From: Candidatus Omnitrophota bacterium
GTDB lineage: Bacteria > Omnitrophota > Gorgyraeia > Gygaellales > Profunditerraquicolaceae
Length of the DNA: 64,000 nt
Direction of reading: 5' to 3'
Assembly (NCBI GenBank): GCA_003598135.1
Contig: QZKA01000024.1
Location: forward strand, 619-64,618
The position numbers and the translations under genes are program-made. The notes under the pieces are model-generated. The model was not told the DNA's origin. It made no database searches and saw nothing but the letters and a program-made list of their open reading frames with translations. Positions 56,721-64,000 of this stretch are shown here, piece after piece; position 1 is the stretch's first letter; each line of letters begins with the position of its first letter.

Positions 56721-57649
56721 ATAGCAAACTCCTTGTCTTTAAATTCAAGGTAATATCTTTTAAATATCCCGCCGCAGTTACTACTCATAGAACAGCTTTC
56801 GCATACATGGATCTTAATCCTATTACGAGTCGGATAACAACTCAAAGTTTCCTTTAAAAATATATTTTTAGAACTTTTCCGCTGCTCAACTGTTATTCTA
56901 GGGGACCAGTGAAAATCATTAGTGTAAAGTTCATAACCCTTTAGCACGCAAAGAGGAAGCCCAAAAAATCTAATAATTAGAGCTTTTTTATTCGCATATT
57001 CAACTAATCGAGGGACTGCCGTTTTTATTTCTTTTAAAGGAACAACTAATTTTTTAAAATTAGCCAATCCATTTCCTTCCGGGGCGAAGTTAGAAAAAAG
57101 TATTTGTTTGACTTTTTTAAAATTGCTGACCAAATCGATTACCTTCTCAAGTGAGCTAACATTATATTTAGTAATAACTGTGTTAATGAACAAAAAAATG
57201 TCCCCCTTTGACCTTTCAATATTTTCTAATGCGTTCATACATCTGCTGAAGCTTTCTCTGTTGGCGGTGTGAAGATTATGAAGCGTTCCGCTATGACCGT
57301 GCAGAGAAAAACAAATTTCATCAACATAAAAAAGAGTTTTATCGCAAAACCTTTTTAAGGAAAATAAGCCTCCGTTAGAACTACAATACACTGTATACAT
57401 TAACTGCTTTGCGGATTGGATTATTTCTACAAAACTCGGGTGAAAAGTCGGCTCTCCCCCTGTTAATGTAATGTGGTTTAAGCCTTTTTCGGCAAAATAT
57501 TTTAATTTATTTTGTATTATATTGAAGTCAACAAAATGGTTATTACGTTTATTTAATTGGCCTGCCTCGGAACAAAAAATGCAGTTATTGACACATTTAT
57601 ACGATATGTGAAATTCTAATCTCTTTGCCTTAGATCTATTTCCCGTCAT
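56717..57649 (-). CDS. radical SAM protein, paralogous family member (copy 5)
   Basis: CVNNCIFC, TGGEPTF, FSLHGHSGTLHNL, GLPLCVLKGYEL and CESCSMSSNCGG. Confidence 0.75.
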   Translation of the reverse strand: MTGNRSKAKRLEFHISYKCVNNCIFCSEAGQLNKRNNHFVDFNIIQNKLKYFAEKGLNHITLTGGEPTFHPSFVEIIQSAKQLMYTVYCSSNGGLFSLKRFCDKTLFYVDEICFSLHGHSGTLHNLHTANRESFSRCMNALENIERSKGDIFLFINTVITKYNVSSLEKVIDLVSNFKKVKQILFSNFAPEGNGLANFKKLVVPLKEIKTAVPRLVEYANKKALIIRFFGLPLCVLKGYELYTNDFHWSPRITVEQRKSSKNIFLKETLSCYPTRNRIKIHVCESCSMSSNCGGIFKRYYLEFKDKEFAI

Positions 57650-57651
57650 CT

Positions 57652-59070
57652 TTATCCATAAAGTAAGTAAGATAGTTGGAAGTCAATATTCCGGTATTCA
57701 TTCTTATTCTTATCAACTAATCCTGAATATCTAGCCAAAAAACGACCATCAAGAAAGCAATTTGAATAAATGTATCTTTCACATCTTGTTTTCGCAGATA
57801 ACGTAATAAAATTTCTGTCTTCTCCCACGGGGCACATTTTTTTTATTAACTTGAGTTCCCTTGGATATAGCTTTTCGGGTTCTTCATTGAATATTTTTTG
57901 AAACAAATTTTTATCAATTCTCCCTTCTTCCTGAATAGAGTTTATTATATTGAAACGCATCTCTAAATCCTTTGATAATTGGAACGCGAAGAGTTTAGGG
58001 AAAATATTTCGTTTGAGATTTCTTTCATAATCCGGATAGTGTAGGTCTTTTACGTAGTACATCTTTTTAAACGCATGTGAGATTGCCCCCCACCCTAATC
58101 CCAAAACCGAACTATTAAATTTATACATGTCAAAAAATTGTAAATTTTCTTTATTTGTACTGTAATCCTCCAACGCATAAGGATACGCACTGCTAATCAT
58201 CTGGTACGCTAAATCGAGCATCTTTTTACAGCGGATTACATCACTAAAGTTTAATGTAAGGCCGTTTTTAGTAAACCTTGTAAAAACATCTGGACAAAAA
58301 GAGTTAACGTGGATAGTATCTGGTTTCAGTTTTAAAATATTTTTTAACGAGATTTGGAACGATTCAATTGATTGATAAGGAACCCCTGCCATCAAATCAA
58401 CATTGATATGGCGTATCTTCAATTTTCTACAATTTTGATATAGCTGAAAAACTAATTTTGCATTTTGCGGCCTTTGGAGTTTCTTGAGGACATTTTTATC
58501 CAGCGATTGAACTCCGATAGTTACTTTGTTTACCCCATAATCCTTAAGTATTTTTACTTTCTCATAAGAGCACGTGTATGGGCTAAGTTCAACCATAAAT
58601 TGCTCTTTATTCTCCACATTATAATTTTCTGAAATCATGACCATGAGTCTTTTGAGATTGGCAGATGATAATATTGAAGGCGTACCGCCACCTATATAAA
58701 CGGTTTTTGCTTCCAATTTCTTTGGAAAATCCAATAATTTTATTTCTTTTTCCAGTGCATTAAGAAAGCGGGAATGTGACTGATCATTAGTCTGGGGGAA
58801 TGATAGGGTGTTACAATAAAAACACTTGCTGACACAAAATGGAATGTGGACATATATACCGAATCTATCGTGGCTACCCTTCTCTTTAAGGATGGATGTC
58901 GCAACAGATCGCCAAGATTTTTTTACTTCCTCTAGGCGTATTGATCTTCTTTGGAGTCTCAGTACCGAATACGGCGTTCCTAAGCCATAAAAAATCAAAT
59001 CCCTGGTTATGCACTTAAACAGCTCAAGCTTCTTATTAACTTCATTACTTAAAAGGGACAAGTTCGGCAT
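57652..59070 (-). CDS. HemN/HemW-like radical SAM protein (coproporphyrinogen-III-oxidase family)
   Basis: YVHIPFCVSKCFYC, GGGTPS and VTIGVQSLD. Confidence 0.75.
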   Translation of the reverse strand: MPNLSLLSNEVNKKLELFKCITRDLIFYGLGTPYSVLRLQRRSIRLEEVKKSWRSVATSILKEKGSHDRFGIYVHIPFCVSKCFYCNTLSFPQTNDQSHSRFLNALEKEIKLLDFPKKLEAKTVYIGGGTPSILSSANLKRLMVMISENYNVENKEQFMVELSPYTCSYEKVKILKDYGVNKVTIGVQSLDKNVLKKLQRPQNAKLVFQLYQNCRKLKIRHINVDLMAGVPYQSIESFQISLKNILKLKPDTIHVNSFCPDVFTRFTKNGLTLNFSDVIRCKKMLDLAYQMISSAYPYALEDYSTNKENLQFFDMYKFNSSVLGLGWGAISHAFKKMYYVKDLHYPDYERNLKRNIFPKLFAFQLSKDLEMRFNIINSIQEEGRIDKNLFQKIFNEEPEKLYPRELKLIKKMCPVGEDRNFITLSAKTRCERYIYSNCFLDGRFLARYSGLVDKNKNEYRNIDFQLSYLLYG

Positions 59071-59971
59071 CCGAATATTTTAAGAAATATTTTTCGTAAA
59101 CGCCTCCGCATATGCTATTCTTTGAGCATTTTTTACACTTGCGGGTTTTTATTCTTCCGATATCGATTTTAAAATTGTTTTCGATATATTTCCCCGGCTC
59201 ATTCCATAATCGTATTTTTCCATTATGATCTTTCTGATTATCAATTTTGAAGGGTTCCCATAAATCATAGGAATACTGATATCTATCTCCTAAAATACAC
59301 ATAGGAATACCGGAAAACCTGATTTTAATATTTTTGGACTCGCAAAAGTTTATTGCTTTTATTACGTGTGGGGAAAGAACAGAAAATTTAGGAAAAATCT
59401 CGTAAAATTTTCGGCTCCCCTCTCCTGTAGGTACAATAGACATACATTGATATTCGTTTATTCCAAAATTATGAATCAACTCAGCTATGTTGGTTAAAAA
59501 TTTATAATTAAGACTGGTTATCGCAGTGGTTGCTTGAAGTCTGCCCTTATAATATTTCTTCAGATTTTTCATTCCTTGAAAGACAGATTTAAAAGCTGCC
59601 GGGTTACGGGTATTAATTGAATGAATTTTATTATTATGCCCGTGTATAGAAATCATAATTTCGTCGAGATAAGGCAATGTCTTGATGCAAAACTCATAAG
59701 AGCTGAACATAATTGCATTTGAAATAATAAATGTATTATAATGTAATGCCTTTGACAATTTTAATATTTCGGGAAAATGAGAATGTAATGTTGGCTCCCC
59801 TCCTACAAAGTGTACAAGATTTGCCCCTTTAGACCTTTCAGCTACTAATATATTCTTAATTTTCTCAAATGAGAGCTCAGAGCCATCAAGGTTATTTCTT
59901 TCGCTGCAAAAAATACATCTATTACAGCATTTTTTTACAATAAAAAGGTCAATTCGTCTGGTGTGTACCAT
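59045..59971 (-). CDS. radical SAM protein, paralogous family member (copy 6)
   Basis: CNRCIFC, VGGEPTL, ISIHGHNNKIHS, GIPMCILGDRYQ and CKKCSKNSICGG. Confidence 0.75.
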   Translation of the reverse strand: MVHTRRIDLFIVKKCCNRCIFCSERNNLDGSELSFEKIKNILVAERSKGANLVHFVGGEPTLHSHFPEILKLSKALHYNTFIISNAIMFSSYEFCIKTLPYLDEIMISIHGHNNKIHSINTRNPAAFKSVFQGMKNLKKYYKGRLQATTAITSLNYKFLTNIAELIHNFGINEYQCMSIVPTGEGSRKFYEIFPKFSVLSPHVIKAINFCESKNIKIRFSGIPMCILGDRYQYSYDLWEPFKIDNQKDHNGKIRLWNEPGKYIENNFKIDIGRIKTRKCKKCSKNSICGGVYEKYFLKYSDAELVPFK

Positions 59972-60905
59972 ATTCGTAAGGAAGAACTGAACAATACATA
60001 CTAATCTCTTTGGCCCTGGTAGAATTTAGAAAGGTCAATCCCAGGGCAGTAGGATAAATACAACTGTGAAATGTCGCATAAAGATTATTTAATCCGTAGA
60101 TAAATTTATTTATACTCAAAAGGGGAACTTTCAACTTCTTGATATCTGACCATCTTTCTTTCGGATTAAAATTGCACTGGAATTCTCTGGTTTCATAAAT
60201 TAAATAATTCTTCAGAAAAGCTATCGTTCCTGGTTTTTTTAATTTGACCGCAGCAAGGTAAAATACATTTTTCTTTGGTGAATTTTTGAAAAATACGCTA
60301 AATTTAGATTTGAAGTCGTTATGCAAAAAGCTAAATTTGTTTAATTCTTGTAGCGCATGATACCTAAAATAAAGCTTAATTGACATTTGATTACTATTCG
60401 GGCAAAGCACTAATGCAAGCGCACAGATTTCATATCGTAAATATAAACCGACCATATTCGGATCGTAGCCCGATATCAAACACAACTTATACAATATATC
60501 GTTTTTCAAAAAAGGGCCGCATTCAACTTCAATTTTTAAAGTGGGGGCCCTGTCTGATTCAGCCCACTCAAACCCCAAAGTGACTGGAAAAGCTTTAATT
60601 ACATAGATTGCTTTTTCCGCTTGTTGTCGCAATTCCCCATCGTAACACAATCGTATTATTGAACGTATTTTATTGAGAAATTCGACTCTCTCCCCTGAAT
60701 CATTAATACTAAATCTCAAAAGATGTTTAGGCCTTCTATTAATTTTAAAAGAAAAATCAAACTTAAAAAAATCAAGACTACGCATTTGGTAATCATCAAA
60801 GAGGATTTTGATAATACATGGGAAATTTTTCTTTTCATAAATATTATTTTCTCTTGCAATTTGTTCTATAATATTTCTGTAACAAGTAAGGATGTTAGTG
60901 CTCAT
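59949..60905 (-). CDS. hypothetical protein (318 aa) homologous to the C-terminal domain of the 624-aa rSAM fusion
   Basis: KFDFSFKINRRPKHLLRFSINDSGERVEF aligns with KFDFSISASDSNARSLRFSYNDFGEKKEF at residues ~330-360 of ORF 61951..63825. Confidence 0.45.
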   Translation of the reverse strand: MSTNILTCYRNIIEQIARENNIYEKKNFPCIIKILFDDYQMRSLDFFKFDFSFKINRRPKHLLRFSINDSGERVEFLNKIRSIIRLCYDGELRQQAEKAIYVIKAFPVTLGFEWAESDRAPTLKIEVECGPFLKNDILYKLCLISGYDPNMVGLYLRYEICALALVLCPNSNQMSIKLYFRYHALQELNKFSFLHNDFKSKFSVFFKNSPKKNVFYLAAVKLKKPGTIAFLKNYLIYETREFQCNFNPKERWSDIKKLKVPLLSINKFIYGLNNLYATFHSCIYPTALGLTFLNSTRAKEISMYCSVLPYEYGTHQTN

Positions 60906-60913
60906 TTAAAAGA

Positions 60914-61957
60914 TTAAAAACTGCGATTGGCTAATGCGTTATTTAAATATGCAACAAAATTTGACATTAATTGGCCCGCTAAGATAGTATTATTCAGATA
61001 TTTGGTAACATTATTTTCACGGAAAATTATTTCCATTGCTTCTTCATTAGTAAGCCGCTTTTTCTCAAACGCATCCATACTCTCTTTTATTTCGTTGATA
61101 TTCCCCAGGATGAACTTCCTTTTCCTTTCATAGTTTTGAATTAAATAACTGATACACGCAGAGTAGATGTTTCCGTCAAAATCCACGGATATCTCTGTAT
61201 TCATCCTAAATGGCGGGAACCATTCTGTCAGGTTTTGCAACCGAATATCATTTTTTAGTCTTAGTTTTAAATACAGACTCCTTAATTTAATCAGATTCCT
61301 TGCCAAAACTATTCTATCGTTGTTTGACCATTTTACTCCACAGGCAATCATTATGAATATATTTCTAAAGCCTAAATTTACTAAATGGCTGAAATTGTCA
61401 ACAATTCTGCCCACTGTCATGGGAGAAACTACCATACTGACCTGGCAATCTGTATTATATTTAAAAATTATCGGAAGGTTGCGGACAATAAGAGAATACG
61501 AGTCGGGTAAACCATTCTTTTGCGGCCTATTTAACCTCTGCGCTCCAGGGCCTCCATCCAGACTTAGCTCAAGAAGTACATTGTTTTCTTTGAAGAACCT
61601 TACTTTTTCTTCATTCAACAATACTCCGTTTGTTGTAAGAATAGGGGTTAATTTTCTTTTTTTGGCATTTGCTACTTTGTTTGCATACATTATTCCTTTC
61701 TTTAAAATCTTGAAAGGCAGCATTAGTGGTTCGCCGCCGAAAAAATGCAATTGTAAAACGTCTGCTGAGGAAGTCATCAAAAAATCGACAGATTTAAGCA
61801 AAACGTGCTCGGACATATATCTTTTTGAACTTTGCGATACAAAGCAGTATTTGCACTTCAAACAACAGTCATGGGTTAATAACAGTAACAGTCTAGTTGT
61901 TCTAAACTCAGTCCGCTCCCCTATTAAATTGTTTCCTTTTTTTTCTGAAATCACCAT
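60914..61957 (-). CDS. anSME/SPASM-like radical SAM core lacking the C-terminal Cys-rich domain
   Basis: LLLLLTHDCCLKCKYCF, FFGGEPLM and ELSLDG. There are no C-terminal cysteine clusters. Confidence 0.65.
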   Translation of the reverse strand: MVISEKKGNNLIGERTEFRTTRLLLLLTHDCCLKCKYCFVSQSSKRYMSEHVLLKSVDFLMTSSADVLQLHFFGGEPLMLPFKILKKGIMYANKVANAKKRKLTPILTTNGVLLNEEKVRFFKENNVLLELSLDGGPGAQRLNRPQKNGLPDSYSLIVRNLPIIFKYNTDCQVSMVVSPMTVGRIVDNFSHLVNLGFRNIFIMIACGVKWSNNDRIVLARNLIKLRSLYLKLRLKNDIRLQNLTEWFPPFRMNTEISVDFDGNIYSACISYLIQNYERKRKFILGNINEIKESMDAFEKKRLTNEEAMEIIFRENNVTKYLNNTILAGQLMSNFVAYLNNALANRSF

Positions 61958-63825
61958 TTAACCGTAAAATAGACGTCAGCCTTTTGGGAACCCCTTGCAT
62001 GATCAATGGCCGCGATCACTGGAAATACTTTTCTTCCTTTTAATGCGCATAAACTGCAGATCTCTGAAAAAACTTCATTCGCCGCTTTGTCATTTGAATT
62101 AATCAATATGTTCCTAATTTCAGGCGTAACCTGATTAGAATCTTTGATTTGGCTAATTTCATAGATTTTATATAATTTGATTGAATTAATACAGCCGTTC
62201 TCCTGGAACCTTTTAGTGATGTAATAAAATACCTTCAACTTAGATTCGCCCTTATTTAAAATTGATTTTAGAAGCTTTCTGGCCGCATTCAACCCATTCT
62301 TCCTTAAAAATTTTAAAAATGTTTTTTCGTTTACTTTTTTATGAATACAATATACTTTAAGGTTTATGTTTTTTTTGGGCAAAAAATCTACGCAAATCGC
62401 ACCAATAATAGCGCGAGAGTTAATTTGTAATTTCTTATAATCGATTTTCAATACCTTACAAATACGTTGCAGAAAAATCCTGATTTCTGATTGAGTAAAG
62501 GAATGAACCAATTCTTCAAAATATACTTTTATTTTTGGGTAATTTTCCTTGGAAAACCAAACCAAACCAATGGTCGTTTGTTGCTTATTGCCGAACGGGA
62601 TCATTACGCATAGCAGTTCATTTATTTGATTAATGGAGTAAGCATCGCCGAATAATTGAAAGATTTTCAATAATTTATTTTTGAACTCTTTTTTCTCCCC
62701 AAAATCATTATAGCTAAACCGTAAACTCCTTGCGTTACTATCGCTGGCTGAAATTGAAAAATCAAATTTTTGGTTATCTTTAAGCCATGATTCTTTAAAA
62801 TCCGTGAAAAGAATATTTGTTATTCTGTCAACTTTCTCTTTTAAAAACTTCAGGCCAAAGTGCTTAATTAACAAATTAGAAATATCTGTAAAAATAGAAA
62901 CGGTAGAAACACTGCCTTTGTTATTTAATACAAACCCTTTTCTAACGGGTTTAAATTCATCCCATCCGAATTTCTGCGGATACTCCCTCCAGGGTCCTTC
63001 ACACACTGCGTAGTACCGACATTTAGGACAATTTGTTGATTTACTTTTCCCTTCCTTTTTACGAACAAGCCCAAAATTTTCTATAACTCCATTTACATCG
63101 TATATCTTTGTTTCGGGCAAAATCCTCTCAGCAATATAATCCTCGTAGCCCCTCATGAAACAATAAGGAATTGCCTCGGTCATCACTCTCTTTCCAGCAG
63201 AAATGCCTTTTTCTAGTGCCATCTTGACAAACGGTTCAACCAGTGACATCCGGGGCACTATAGAATCAAAGTTATCTTTTGCGCTTCCTAAAGGGTGAGG
63301 GAATGCGAATTGGAACTGGTCAACCCCGAGCCTAATCAATAAATCTGCTATCGAGGGCAAATACGCAAAATTAGACTTGGTTATGACGGTATTGGTAATA
63401 ACCGTCTGCCCTAGTTTTTTTAAGTTTATTATCCCATCAACAGTTTGTTTAAAGCTACCCGGGGAGCTTGTGAGGTAATCGTGCATATGGGGGGTACTTC
63501 CGTGCAAAGCAGGAGAAAATTCATTGGCACCGCATTTAATCGCCTTTTTGCAAAATTCAGAATAAGAAAAAAAACGGCCATTAGATTGGATTTGAATTGT
63601 ATTGAAGTTCAATGCTTTGGCAAAAGCAACAAATTGAAAAAAGTCTTTATGTAAGGTAGGCTCTCCGCCGGTAAAGACTATATCGCGACAGCTTGTTCTC
63701 GCCTTCTCCATTTCATTTTTTATAATTCCGGTATCCCTGCTTCCGTATGCCTTGCGCTTGTCGCCCTGAACGCAAAATTTACAGAAGTTATTACAATTGA
63801 ATCCAATCTTTATATCGGCTTTCAT
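61951..63825 (-). CDS. radical SAM (family copy 7) fused to a ~300-aa C-terminal domain of unknown function
   Basis: CNNFCKFC, TGGEPTL, PALHGSTPHMHDYLT, EAIPYCFMRGYED and CPKCRYYAVCEG, followed by a domain paralogous to ORF 59949..60905. Confidence 0.75.
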   Translation of the reverse strand: MKADIKIGFNCNNFCKFCVQGDKRKAYGSRDTGIIKNEMEKARTSCRDIVFTGGEPTLHKDFFQFVAFAKALNFNTIQIQSNGRFFSYSEFCKKAIKCGANEFSPALHGSTPHMHDYLTSSPGSFKQTVDGIINLKKLGQTVITNTVITKSNFAYLPSIADLLIRLGVDQFQFAFPHPLGSAKDNFDSIVPRMSLVEPFVKMALEKGISAGKRVMTEAIPYCFMRGYEDYIAERILPETKIYDVNGVIENFGLVRKKEGKSKSTNCPKCRYYAVCEGPWREYPQKFGWDEFKPVRKGFVLNNKGSVSTVSIFTDISNLLIKHFGLKFLKEKVDRITNILFTDFKESWLKDNQKFDFSISASDSNARSLRFSYNDFGEKKEFKNKLLKIFQLFGDAYSINQINELLCVMIPFGNKQQTTIGLVWFSKENYPKIKVYFEELVHSFTQSEIRIFLQRICKVLKIDYKKLQINSRAIIGAICVDFLPKKNINLKVYCIHKKVNEKTFLKFLRKNGLNAARKLLKSILNKGESKLKVFYYITKRFQENGCINSIKLYKIYEISQIKDSNQVTPEIRNILINSNDKAANEVFSEICSLCALKGRKVFPVIAAIDHARGSQKADVYFTVKW

Positions 63826-64000
63826 CAGTTTAAAGAAGAAATGAACTCGGTAAGCTTATAATCTATATTAATCGTGGATTTTAAGACTCTGAAAGGAGTA
63901 CATTTTTCGACAATTTTACCGAGATCTGCCTGCATAATCAAGCGTTTTATTTTTTTTAAACTTCTAATTGAATTAACGTTTCCGAGTTTAAATTTTTTCG
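63826..64000 (-). CDS. 3' end of an upstream minus-strand gene in the same operon (partial, unknown function)
   Basis: The open frame ends ...KLTEFISSLN, and its stop overlaps the start of the following gene (atga). The gene begins beyond the window. Confidence 0.4.

Noticed and set aside
61167-61961. 264-aa plus-strand ORF in the rSAM island
   Set aside because: Antisense to the anSME-like rSAM (CxxxCxxC and GGEP on the minus strand). AT-rich sequence yields long accidental ORFs.
47278-63825. Assigning one of the rSAMs as AmrS, the partner of the nearby amrB
   Set aside because: AmrS proteins are PFL-activase-like (CNLRCxFC type). None of the cluster members shows that signature, and amrA is absent.

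Overview
The window is a 64-kb bacterial chromosomal segment with moderate GC, probably from an uncultivated lineage. Apart from one divergent plus-strand pair (exeA-like and gspB-like), every gene is on the minus strand. Coordinates 1 to 47.2 kb carry a dense, mostly co-directional housekeeping block in window order: ppdK (partial), glyQS, a PilZ-PilT fusion ATPase, panB, mgtE, apbE, polX, recO, ybeY/7TMR-HD/phoH, aspS, hisS, hup, dnaE, guaA, a guaB-like gene, aroB, thiE-thiC, gmhA-rfaE2, pfkA, asp23/amaP, accBC, efp, pepP, aroQ, an orphan Memo-like amrB, and rpsU. A tRNA-Gly(CCC) lies at 35.4 kb. A previously unrecognised modular repeat family occupies six intergenic gaps. Its modules are 'gtattgagtatagagtattg' and 'ccttaacctaagcc', plus a shared core in the two largest copies. 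At one locus the repeat appears to supply the signal peptide of ApbE. At about 47.2 kb the composition drops sharply to AT-rich DNA. From there to the window edge and beyond, 14 tightly packed minus-strand genes encode 12 radical-SAM proteins with 13 radical-SAM domains. Eight of those domains belong to one ~300-aa paralogous family with CNNxCxFC, GGEPTL, SxHG...HD and C-terminal PxCxxxGYE...Cx2Cx5C motifs. The rest are a B12-binding rSAM, a HemN/HemW-like rSAM, an anSME-like rSAM without a SPASM domain, and a two-domain fusion. Interleaved with them are an expanded prepilin-peptidase-like intramembrane aspartyl protease, a Cys-motif hypothetical protein, and a novel ~300-aa domain found both standalone and fused to an rSAM. 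No precursor or substrate gene is visible, and the operon continues upstream past coordinate 64000. This cluster is the strongest candidate for an undescribed modification system in the window.
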